NCBI GenBank assembly: GCA_964364875.1 | Contig: CAYINT010000001.1 | Location: forward strand, 1-38,115 | Direction of reading: 5' to 3' | Source: an uncultured Gammaproteobacteria bacterium | GTDB taxonomy: Bacteria; Patescibacteriota; Patescibacteriia; CAZCGY01 | Length of the DNA stretch: 38,115 nt | Shown: positions 15,887 through 24,639 of the stretch, piece by piece | How the letters are laid out: each line of letters begins with the position of its first letter | Numbering within the stretch: position 1 is the first letter of the stretch | Made by a program: the position numbers and the translations under genes | Notes under the pieces: model-generated | The model's input: the letters and a program-made list of their open reading frames with translations, nothing else | What the model was told of the DNA's origin: nothing | Database searches by the model: none

Positions 15887-16657
15887 ATGCTGCCATCCAT
15901 CGGAATCGTAACGCCTTCCTACAATCAGGCGCGCTACATCCGGCAAACCATTGACAGTGTTCTTCATCAGGACTATCCAAATCTGGATTACGTTATTGTC
16001 GATGGAGGTTCCACTGACGGAACGCAGGAAATACTTCGTTCCTATGGATCACGGATACGATGGATCTCGGAAAAGGATCGCGGGCAGTCCGACGCGATCA
16101 ATAAAGGTCTTGGCATGGTGCAGGGCGATATTTTGGCATACCTCAACTCCGATGACGTGCTGCTTCATGGAAGCCTGCGTGCGGTTGGCGAATTTTTTGC
16201 CAGCCACCACAAAGCGCCGTGGGTTTCAGGGTATTGCAGGAACATCAATGAAAAAAACGAAGTGGTGCAGTCCTTCGCGAGCAGCTATAAACATTTTCTG
16301 CTTCGTCACTACCGCTTTTGGACGCTGGTCATCATCAATTATATCGGCCAGATGTCGACGTTTTGGACAAGAGGTGCGTTCAAAGCAGTCGGATTTTTTT
16401 CTCTTGATCACCATCTCGTGATGGACTACGATTACTGGATTCGGCTTGCGAAACTTGGCGCGCCGGGCATTCTGCGTCAGGAACTTTCTGCTTTTCGGCT
16501 GCATAAAGATACAAAAAGTACGAATCGGTATATCGAGCAGTTTCAGCAGTCAGCAGCAGTCGGTATGCGTGCAACAAAGAACCCATTACTGTGCGTTCTC
16601 GCCTGGTTGCATAACCGACTTGTTATTCTTGCATACCGTATTTTTTCTCTCCGTTGA
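15887..16657 (+). CDS. GT2 family glycosyltransferase
   Basis: IGIVTPSYNQARYIRQTIDSVLHQDYPNLDYVIVDGGSTDGT...LNSDD. The ATG at 15887 avoids a 29-nt overlap with the upstream gene; the ATG at 15842 is an alternative. Confidence 0.85.
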   Translation: MLPSIGIVTPSYNQARYIRQTIDSVLHQDYPNLDYVIVDGGSTDGTQEILRSYGSRIRWISEKDRGQSDAINKGLGMVQGDILAYLNSDDVLLHGSLRAVGEFFASHHKAPWVSGYCRNINEKNEVVQSFASSYKHFLLRHYRFWTLVIINYIGQMSTFWTRGAFKAVGFFSLDHHLVMDYDYWIRLAKLGAPGILRQELSAFRLHKDTKSTNRYIEQFQQSAAVGMRATKNPLLCVLAWLHNRLVILAYRIFSLR

Positions 16658-17850
16658 TGCGTATTCTTTTTGTCACTCCGTACTATATCCCAGCGTATGG
16701 GTTTGGCGGTCCGGTGAAAGTTGTTGCTGACCTGGCACGTTCTCTGCGGAAACAGGGCCATGAGGTAACCATCGCTACAACGGATGCTCTTGACCTTCAC
16801 CGGCGTATTGCTGTGAAGGAAGATGTGATTGAGGGTACTACCGTTCATTACTTTCCCAATATAACCACAGAAGCAGCGCTTCGCTGGAATATCTACTGGC
16901 CGCGCGGTTTTCGGTCGTGGCTTGCTGGCCATATTCACGACTTTGATGTGATTCACTGTCATGATTTTTTTACGGGTCTCAATATTGTTGTCAGCGATAG
17001 TGCTTGCAAAGCGAAGGTTCCCTACATTGTGCATCCGCATGGAGCATTAATACCTATCCGGCAGCATGCACGTTTTACCCTGAGTAAACGGCTTTGGCTA
17101 CGGTTCTTCAGTAAAGTGTTGCGTAGGGCTGCTTTTGTAGTTGCTTCAACGGAAAAGGAGCGGGAGGAAATACTTGCCAATCAGCATGTTCCTTCTTCGC
17201 GAGTCGTCGTATTGCCAAACGGGCTTGATGTTGAAGAAGTTGGAAGGCCGTTGCGGGACGAGAGAATCCTGACACACTACGGCATTCAGCCCAATGAGCC
17301 GGTTGTTTTGTATTTTGGCCGGCTTCAGTTTATGAAAGGCCTTGATATCAGTCTTCGTTCGCTTGCGCTGATTCGGGAACTCCCTTGGAAATACCTGATT
17401 GTTGGCCGAGATGACGGTGAGCGTTCTCGGTTGGAAAAGCTTGCTCAGCAACTTGGGATTGCTGACCGTATTCTTTTTCTCGGCCCCCAATTCGGCAAAA
17501 ACTTAGACCGCACTCTCGGATTAAGTGCTCTCTTTTTATTTAATTCTCGTTCTGAGTCGTTTCCCATTGCAGTGCTGCAGGCGTGCGCAGCGGGGCTGCC
17601 CGCTGTTCTCAGCCCCGAATGTCGTATTCCTGAAGTTCAGTCGGCACAGGCGGGGATCGTGCTGACTGAGAATACTCCCGAAAAGACGGCGCAGGCGCTT
17701 CGCGAACTTTTGATGGATCCGGAACGACGCCTGGCAATGAGTCAGGCAGGCCAACGTCTCGTGAAAGAAGTATTTTCCCTGGAGCGTGTTATTGATGCAT
17801 GCCTTGACCTGTATCAAAAGAGCGGTGTGGCGAGAATGCACACTGTATAA
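16657..17850 (+). CDS. GT4 (group 1) glycosyltransferase
   Basis: MRILFVTPYYIPAYGFGGP N-terminus. C-terminal GRLQFMKG...SRSESFPIAVLQACAAGLPAV (E-x7-E region). The start overlaps the upstream stop (TGATG). Confidence 0.85.
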   Translation: MRILFVTPYYIPAYGFGGPVKVVADLARSLRKQGHEVTIATTDALDLHRRIAVKEDVIEGTTVHYFPNITTEAALRWNIYWPRGFRSWLAGHIHDFDVIHCHDFFTGLNIVVSDSACKAKVPYIVHPHGALIPIRQHARFTLSKRLWLRFFSKVLRRAAFVVASTEKEREEILANQHVPSSRVVVLPNGLDVEEVGRPLRDERILTHYGIQPNEPVVLYFGRLQFMKGLDISLRSLALIRELPWKYLIVGRDDGERSRLEKLAQQLGIADRILFLGPQFGKNLDRTLGLSALFLFNSRSESFPIAVLQACAAGLPAVLSPECRIPEVQSAQAGIVLTENTPEKTAQALRELLMDPERRLAMSQAGQRLVKEVFSLERVIDACLDLYQKSGVARMHTV

Positions 17851-17936
17851 TTCGGCAAGACTATGATTATGATGTGTAGAGTTGTCACCAGCAAGCCCAT
17901 AGGCGTTTATCAGCACGTGCACGATCAAACAAAGCA

Positions 17937-20189
17937 ATGACAACACTTCTGACAGCAACGCTTCTGATAATCGCACCGCTAACACTGCTTGGATTGGGCG
18001 TGCTTCGAATGCGATCATCGTTTGCTCCGCTTCTCATTCCTCTGGCAGGCTTGATGTTTTTTGTCGTCTTTGGCGTCGTACCCCAATATTGGATCAGCCA
18101 GCACTCCTTTCTGATCATGATCATCGGGCTGTGTGTTGCTGTCTGTACATCTCTTGGACTGGCTCTTTGGAAAAATATCTTCGCTTTTCGACGGGCAATC
18201 ATTAACTTGGCAAACTATGCATTGCCAATGTTTTTTCTTGGGCTCCTCCTCGTCGGTTTACTCTACGGGGCAAGTCAGTACGCAGTCCCCGGCGGAATAG
18301 ATTCTGCTATTCATGCGAACTTTGTCAATCTCATTGCTCGTAGCCATGAACTTTCTGCGACCTATCCCTTAGGCCTGCATATTTTTATCCTCTTTGTGAC
18401 TTCCGTTTTTCCCATTTCTCTCGCAACGGCATTTCTCAGCATCAATGTTCTTCTCTACGCGAGCATTTTTGGTTGTCTGTACTTCCACTTCTATTACTGG
18501 ACAAAGAAATCAAGTTTTGCCCTGTTAGGCGCATTGGCTGGCCTGTTTGATGCAAGTGCCTACAATAACTACTTAAACGGCTCTCCTACGCATCTCTTGG
18601 GCACTGTCCTCATTCTCAGTGTCATTCCTTTCGCACTGGTTCTGCGGCGGACGACGACACTCTGGGTGCGTTGGGCCTGGTGGACGATTTTTTTCACCAC
18701 AGTATTTTATGCACATTTTGTCACCATACTGTTTATTCTTCCTGCGGTGTGGCTGCTGCGATTGTTGCAACGGGACAAAAGCTGGGTGTACAGCCTCGCG
18801 CTGATTGCGGCCATGATTTCCGGCATTCCACTTTTTCAGAGTCTTTTTGCAGATCCAAGTTTCAGCCGTTTGATGATTCCCGCAACGCTCGCTATCGTTG
18901 CAGTTGATGTTTTTGTCACCATCGGATATCGCTACGGTTCCTTCTTGTTGCAAAGCACTTGGGCTCCGCTAGCAGCGGTTGCGCTTGGAATACTCGGCTT
19001 CTACCATACCTACGGGTTTGTTAGTGTCCTGGTGGAGTGGTATGGCCCTATTATCGTAACACTTTCGCTGTTTGGCATCATACTGATTTTGGTGAAACGA
19101 GACAGATATGGGTATGCGCTGATTTATTACAGTCTTAGCATTGTTGCAATCCCCCTGCTCCTTCTTTTGCCATTCGTCAATTCTGGAACAGGACTCATTC
19201 AAGAACTCGTTTTCTATTATGGATATACCACACCCTTGATTGTCTTAGCAGGCTATGCAATGGTGCAGGTTGTTACCCTTGTGCAGAATCTGCGCATGCG
19301 GCTAGTGTCGGAAACACTCATCATCACCTTACTGCTCTTTATTTTTCTCTCTCGTGCCACCAATCAATTGTATTTTTCTTCATCGCTGACGGTTTCCCGA
19401 TATTCGTCCAACGCCGGTTTTGGGATTTTCTACGCTCGCAATGATGTCAAGTTGGCCGAATGGGCAAAGCGCAATCTTCCACCGACAGCGGTTATTGCTA
19501 ACCCTGGCGGCTTGTTTAACAGTTGGGCGGTACTGTCTGGTCACCAGCAGATGTACTATGCATATGACCAGCTTGCTGTTTCCGGAGGTCCGCGCATGAA
19601 CAAGGAACTTCAGTTGTTGCTGGACAATAGCAGCGCAGCCCGACCCGACGTACTGTTGAATCACGGAGTCGGGTATGTTGTGCTTCCAGAGAACTTTTCT
19701 ACAACACTTTTCCATCCGCAGACAGTACTTCTTCATGCCGAAGGCCGGAGTCGGCTGTATCAACTGAGAAGAAACAGTACATCAGATTTTTATGCTTTGA
19801 ATCTCTTAAACACCGTTGATCGGTCAGAGACCGTTTCGCTTGAAGGAAATTTCTCGGTACAATGTCGTTATTGCGGCAACCGTCTGTATTACCAATTTGA
19901 AGATACACTAAAACAGCTCACACTCCCATCACAAGAGACGCTGACCATTCAGTTTGACGATGTATCGAAAGGAGAGGTATTGAGTCTGAAGACGGACCCC
20001 TTACTTTCCCGTGGCGAAGTTGCTGTCAACGGCGATACGAAAAAAACGGCCATCCGCGAAGGGAATATTCTCGAGGATTTCAAGCCGACCACGCCATCCC
20101 TGAAAGTTTCAATACATAATCCAGACGACGACCCAATCATTTTCGACTCGTTGGTTCTCCTCGTGAAGCAAGAGTCTATCGGAGAATAG
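17937..20189 (+). CDS. Large polytopic membrane protein with C-terminal extracytoplasmic domain: candidate GT-C/YfhO-like glycosyltransferase or polymerase
   Basis: 750 aa. About 14 hydrophobic helices over aa 1-470, then a roughly 270-aa soluble domain. It sits at the end of an operon containing GtrA and polyprenyl-phosphate GT2 genes. Family assignment is not secure. Confidence 0.5.
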   Translation: MTTLLTATLLIIAPLTLLGLGVLRMRSSFAPLLIPLAGLMFFVVFGVVPQYWISQHSFLIMIIGLCVAVCTSLGLALWKNIFAFRRAIINLANYALPMFFLGLLLVGLLYGASQYAVPGGIDSAIHANFVNLIARSHELSATYPLGLHIFILFVTSVFPISLATAFLSINVLLYASIFGCLYFHFYYWTKKSSFALLGALAGLFDASAYNNYLNGSPTHLLGTVLILSVIPFALVLRRTTTLWVRWAWWTIFFTTVFYAHFVTILFILPAVWLLRLLQRDKSWVYSLALIAAMISGIPLFQSLFADPSFSRLMIPATLAIVAVDVFVTIGYRYGSFLLQSTWAPLAAVALGILGFYHTYGFVSVLVEWYGPIIVTLSLFGIILILVKRDRYGYALIYYSLSIVAIPLLLLLPFVNSGTGLIQELVFYYGYTTPLIVLAGYAMVQVVTLVQNLRMRLVSETLIITLLLFIFLSRATNQLYFSSSLTVSRYSSNAGFGIFYARNDVKLAEWAKRNLPPTAVIANPGGLFNSWAVLSGHQQMYYAYDQLAVSGGPRMNKELQLLLDNSSAARPDVLLNHGVGYVVLPENFSTTLFHPQTVLLHAEGRSRLYQLRRNSTSDFYALNLLNTVDRSETVSLEGNFSVQCRYCGNRLYYQFEDTLKQLTLPSQETLTIQFDDVSKGEVLSLKTDPLLSRGEVAVNGDTKKTAIREGNILEDFKPTTPSLKVSIHNPDDDPIIFDSLVLLVKQESIGE

Positions 20190-21288
20190 TCTGAAACAGC
20201 TCTTCGTATTTGGGAAGAATCAACTCCAGAGAGAAGCGTTCTCGGAAAATTGCTTTGGCACGATCACTTCTTCGTTTCCACTCATCAAACTGCTGCAATT
20301 CCCGCAGAGCCTGTACTGCTCCTGCTACATTGCTGACAACGCTCCCGCCCAGGTCAGTCAGAATACCGTCGGGATTGATGCCGTAACTGACGATCGGTAA
20401 ACCAACGCTCATGGCCTGCAAAAAGGTAAGCGGGAAACCCTCGTACTCGGAACTGTTTACCAAGACGCTGGAACGCTGAAAAAACCTGTCAATCACATGA
20501 AAATCCACTTTGGTAAAATAGTCAACGTTGGCCAACGCTGCGATTCTCTCACGCATCGTTTCTGCATACACACGATCAATCATTTCAGTCGGGCCAATCA
20601 TAACAAACTGCTGATTGGGAAGCTGTTCCGCAAGGTCAAGAAAGCGACCAGGTCCTTTGATCTTCATGAGCCGGCCGACCCAAAGGACCGGCCCGTTTGG
20701 GGTCGCCATCTGTTCTGATGGGGGATAGCCATTGGGAATAATGGTTGCCCGTATTCCTTGAGCACGCAAGAGGTCACACTGTTCTTGCGATTGTGCAATG
20801 ATGGCGTGCGCGAGCCTCCGTCCGAGCGAATAGAGAATGCCCTGGAGTCTATTTTCCTTGGTGTAGCGCCCGTCAGCTTCAATCATGCTTGCCAGTCGGT
20901 ACACCATTGTTTTTCGAAACACTCTGCAGAAAAGCCCGATGACGAAAACTTCAAAGTTTGCCCCTTCAACGCAGTAGATGTCCGCGTCCATCTGCCGCGC
21001 CACCCGCCATAAACGTCCAAACGCTCTGATAAACTGCCCAACCAGCGGTTCAAGCGCCCGAGGAGGGTATGTGGCATAAAGACGAACTCCGTCGGGCGTT
21101 ACTTCATCGCGCTTCTGGCCGTAATCCAAAAACGCATACGCAATCGCGTATCCCTTTTTTTGCAATTCTCGCCCAAGCAGGTACATATCAAGCTGCGCAC
21201 CGCCATACGTTTCCACAACTTCAGGATGAAAGAGGGAGTATCCTCTGTTGAGCATGAACCCGATCGTGGGGGGAGTGTGAGCAGGCAT
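20176..21288 (-). CDS. GT4 (group 1) glycosyltransferase
   Basis: GGAQLDMYLLGRELQKKGY N-terminal region. VGRLMKIKG and SSEYEGFPLTFLQAMSVGLPIVS form the E-x7-E motif region. Confidence 0.85.
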   Translation of the reverse strand: MPAHTPPTIGFMLNRGYSLFHPEVVETYGGAQLDMYLLGRELQKKGYAIAYAFLDYGQKRDEVTPDGVRLYATYPPRALEPLVGQFIRAFGRLWRVARQMDADIYCVEGANFEVFVIGLFCRVFRKTMVYRLASMIEADGRYTKENRLQGILYSLGRRLAHAIIAQSQEQCDLLRAQGIRATIIPNGYPPSEQMATPNGPVLWVGRLMKIKGPGRFLDLAEQLPNQQFVMIGPTEMIDRVYAETMRERIAALANVDYFTKVDFHVIDRFFQRSSVLVNSSEYEGFPLTFLQAMSVGLPIVSYGINPDGILTDLGGSVVSNVAGAVQALRELQQFDEWKRRSDRAKAIFRERFSLELILPKYEELFQTILR

Positions 21289-21306
21289 CGATAACTTCGA
21301 AATGGA

Positions 21307-22173
21307 TCAGGGTAGAACGAGCGCTTCAAGCGCATTGAATCCGATTCGAAGAAAGCGTTGCACGTCACCCGTTCGAAGAAAAAAAATCGTCAATCTGACG
21401 AGGTCGATCCACAGTCGTTTTCGGCCACGCGCTGCCCTTTCCTGCTGCACTGTTTGGCGCGTCAAGGCATGAGGTCGTCGGGAACCGGGACTATGGTTGT
21501 ACCACGTCTGTATCCTTTTTGCCACCGCAAACTGCGCCGATGCTTGTGAAAGCGTGATACCTGCGGGATTATATGTCCAACGGTATAAGGCTTTTGCTAT
21601 GTTTGCCATCTTCGTTACAGCGGAAAGGCGGCACCACAGATCAAAGTCTTCAGCAAGATCAAACTCCGAGCGATACTGCACTTGCAGGTTTTTTCTCATC
21701 ATGACCGCGCCGTGAGCAAAAGCGTTTTGCATTGATAACATCAGTCTGATCATGTCGTCCGTCACCGGGAATCGGTCAACATATCTCGTACTCATGTCTG
21801 TGTTGACGACATCAATCCAACTTCCGACCAAGCCGTATTCCGGATTGGCATCGAGAAAGCCCACCTGTTCCACAAGCCGATGGGGATGCGACCAGTCATC
21901 CTGATCCATCCTTGCAATATAGTATCCGCGCGCTTCACACAATCCGATGTTTAAGGTGCCCACGAGACCGATATTGTGTTTGTTGACGATGAGGCGTATC
22001 CGAGGGTCATGATAGCTTCGAACAATCACGGTGCTGTCGTCCGTTGAGCCGTCATCAATGATCAGGTACTCAAAATCGTTGAATGATTGGTTGAGGATAC
22101 TCTCTATGGCGGTATGAAGAAACTGCCCGCCGTTATACACAGGCATTACTACGGTAACTTTTCTATCGCTCAT
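21307..22173 (-). CDS. GT2 family glycosyltransferase
   Basis: VTVVMPVYNGGQFLHTAIESILNQSFNDFEYLIIDDGSTDDS and a DQDD motif. The start at 22173 (MSDRK) is preferred; the longer option is 22221. Confidence 0.85.
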   Translation of the reverse strand: MSDRKVTVVMPVYNGGQFLHTAIESILNQSFNDFEYLIIDDGSTDDSTVIVRSYHDPRIRLIVNKHNIGLVGTLNIGLCEARGYYIARMDQDDWSHPHRLVEQVGFLDANPEYGLVGSWIDVVNTDMSTRYVDRFPVTDDMIRLMLSMQNAFAHGAVMMRKNLQVQYRSEFDLAEDFDLWCRLSAVTKMANIAKALYRWTYNPAGITLSQASAQFAVAKRIQTWYNHSPGSRRPHALTRQTVQQERAARGRKRLWIDLVRLTIFFLRTGDVQRFLRIGFNALEALVLP

Positions 22174-23065
22174 GGGTGTTCTTCTGTAACCACCGGTACG
22201 TACGGTTGATTCCTTCCTCAATTGTGGTCAGCTGATAGCTGATGAGTGATTGCAATTTGTACGTATCGAGAACAATTTTCGGAACATCAAAACTGCGAGA
22301 ACTTGTGTATTCTACCCGGAAGTCACCAATCTGTTTTCGCATAACTGCAAGAACACTATTAATGGAGTGTCCTTCACCGGAGCCAATGTTGAGTATCTTC
22401 TGTGTAACATTTTTTTTAAGCAACATGTGGAGTATTTTGGCAACATCTTGCACATAGAGATAATCGCGAACCACTTCACCGTCTCCCCACACAGTAATTT
22501 TCTCGTGACGAAGAATTTTTTTCAGCGATACATTAATAAAACCATGTTTGTCGGAGAAATGGTTTTCCCCATAGGGATTGGAAATACGCAAGATTACATA
22601 GTCAATGTGATAAAGATATTGATACAAGGCAATATACTTTTCTATGGCAAGTTTTGTAATGCCGTACGAACAAATTGGATTCGTCGCATGATTTTCACTG
22701 ACTGGGCGATCGTCACTGATGCGCCCATACACTGTACCACCCGAGGAGAGAAAAACTATTTTAGGAACACTGTAATCCTTCATAAGATCGAGAAGCTGAA
22801 TCGTGCCAAGAAGATTGGAACGGATGTCATATGAAATTTCATTGTTTGACGGGATTGTTGTCGACAATGCGTGAATGACAAGATTAATGGTGTATTTTTT
22901 GAATACGGTCTCCAAATCGTCTTTTTTCGTAAAATCACCTTGATACGTTTTTTGCCAGTCGTTTACGTCGTGGCTGAATGCAATGATGTTATACTCGTCA
23001 TGCAACTCTTCAGCAATGTTTGTGCCAAGAAAACCCAGACCGAGAATGAGAGCATTTTTTTTCAT
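22163..23065 (-). CDS. NAD-dependent epimerase/dehydratase family SDR (nucleotide-sugar modifying)
   Basis: Rossmann motif ILGLGFLGTNIAEEL and catalytic YGITKLAIEKY (YxxxK). AT-rich relative to neighbouring genes. Confidence 0.75.
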   Translation of the reverse strand: MKKNALILGLGFLGTNIAEELHDEYNIIAFSHDVNDWQKTYQGDFTKKDDLETVFKKYTINLVIHALSTTIPSNNEISYDIRSNLLGTIQLLDLMKDYSVPKIVFLSSGGTVYGRISDDRPVSENHATNPICSYGITKLAIEKYIALYQYLYHIDYVILRISNPYGENHFSDKHGFINVSLKKILRHEKITVWGDGEVVRDYLYVQDVAKILHMLLKKNVTQKILNIGSGEGHSINSVLAVMRKQIGDFRVEYTSSRSFDVPKIVLDTYKLQSLISYQLTTIEEGINRTYRWLQKNTHER

Positions 23066-23095
23066 ACGTCGTTCACGGTAGTCATTTGCATTGAA

Positions 23096-23998
23096 TCAGA
23101 TGCGTATCCAGCGTTCAGGGACAAGGTCGCTGGAGTCCTTTGCTGGGTCATTGAACCATTTTTGAGGCGCGACGACAATTTGCCCATCGTGCTCTCCCAG
23201 CCACGCTCCCCACCAACTGAATGAGCTGTTTGCAATGATGTGGTGCCTACAGTGCGTCATGAGACGGAGATCTTCATATCCCTGTTCTGGGCTATTGTGG
23301 GAAACATACACAGTACGCGCAGGGAAGTGAAGATTTGCCTCTGCCCATGCGAGATCGTCAGAAAACACATAAATAACAGGATTTTGTGTTCTTCTCATGA
23401 TGTGGCGCGCAGCAGCCTGGTAATATTCAATTGACGTTGTACCATGGAATTCGTTGGTCCGTTTTTCAGTAACGTAATCACCTCGCCGAACATGCACGGA
23501 AATAGCACCTTCTTGCCGCATCTGTTCAATCATTTCTCGGTTCTTTCCGGTGGGCTCTTCTTTTATCCGCAATTCGGAGCGAAGCTGTTTTGCAATGGAA
23601 GAAAAATACTTCTCGCTCTGCCAGTACCCGTCAAGGTAGGCAGGCGCCCTAGTTGTCAGGATCGCAGGATCGTACCTGAAGTCTATCTCGCGAATGTAAA
23701 TCTTTTCGTTTGCAGCGAAGAGGTTGTGGATGAAGTGTTGCGGACCTGGCCGTCGCTCGTACTGGCGCAACGTGGTCGTCTCGGCCTCGGAGGCGATTTC
23801 CGTGACTGTCCGAAAATGGTCGAGTTCATAGGCTCTCTTTGTTTGTGTCGCGTACCACGACTTGTCATATTTCACGACCGCCCGCGATGATAGGGCTAAA
23901 CTTCTGCCGAGCGCGTACTGAAACAGTTGGTTACCGAGTCCGCCGTGGACCTTAATCAGTATGACGTTGGGTGTATCGTTTCTTGAATTCATCAACAT
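23096..23998 (-). CDS. GT11 alpha-1,2-fucosyltransferase
   Basis: All four GT11 motifs are present: HGGLGNQLFQYA, HVRRGDY, VFSDD and ANSSFSWWGAWL. The 5' end overlaps the upstream methyltransferase gene by more than 40 nt, so the start is uncertain. Confidence 0.88.
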   Translation of the reverse strand: MLMNSRNDTPNVILIKVHGGLGNQLFQYALGRSLALSSRAVVKYDKSWYATQTKRAYELDHFRTVTEIASEAETTTLRQYERRPGPQHFIHNLFAANEKIYIREIDFRYDPAILTTRAPAYLDGYWQSEKYFSSIAKQLRSELRIKEEPTGKNREMIEQMRQEGAISVHVRRGDYVTEKRTNEFHGTTSIEYYQAAARHIMRRTQNPVIYVFSDDLAWAEANLHFPARTVYVSHNSPEQGYEDLRLMTHCRHHIIANSSFSWWGAWLGEHDGQIVVAPQKWFNDPAKDSSDLVPERWIRI

Positions 23999-24605
23999 TT
24001 ATCAGGTTAAGAATGGTCTTTCGATGTGCCTTGAAATACGCATAGGTGTACATGTTTTGCTCCGACTTGGGCAGGAGTTCCTGACGCCCCTTCCGGATGA
24101 TTCCGCAACCTTCGTCGGTGTTGACCGTGCGAATCTCAATATCTGGGCGCTCCATCCGCAATTTTAAGATTGCTTTCCAGACATCTCCATGCCAGACATT
24201 GGAAGCGCGTATCCGGCGCTGGGTAATTTCTTTCGTTGGGTTACAGTCGTGTACGACAATCGCCCCTTTATCGTTGAGCCATTGCAGGGAATTGGTGATA
24301 TCGCGGTAGGCCTGTTCAAAAATATGGTCGCCATCCACAAAGACAATGTCATAATTTTGCTTAATGTGTTTGGCGAAAAACTCATCTGATGGGACGGGGA
24401 AAGTTGCGTGTACTTCCGGATTTGGATCGACACCGTGTTTTAACTCGATCGCAATAGAGTCGTGGCTCCAGCCGGGTTGCGCCGGTGTATTCACTCCAAT
24501 TTCTAAATATGATTGATAGTCATTCCTTTTTATCAGGGCATTGATAATTTCTGTTCGGGTCGTTTGTTTCGATTTGAATCGATTGATAATGCTTGCGCCG
24601 ATCAT
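23952..24605 (-). CDS. Class I SAM-dependent methyltransferase (Methyltransf_24/CmcI-like)
   Basis: YLEIGV (motif I), DIVFVDGDH and GAIVVHDC are typical of the small O-methyltransferases found in glycan clusters. Confidence 0.75.
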   Translation of the reverse strand: MIGASIINRFKSKQTTRTEIINALIKRNDYQSYLEIGVNTPAQPGWSHDSIAIELKHGVDPNPEVHATFPVPSDEFFAKHIKQNYDIVFVDGDHIFEQAYRDITNSLQWLNDKGAIVVHDCNPTKEITQRRIRASNVWHGDVWKAILKLRMERPDIEIRTVNTDEGCGIIRKGRQELLPKSEQNMYTYAYFKAHRKTILNLINVDEFKKRYTQRHTD

Positions 24606-24639
24606 AGCGTTTTAATAAGTTTTGTAAGTTGCAAAGCAC

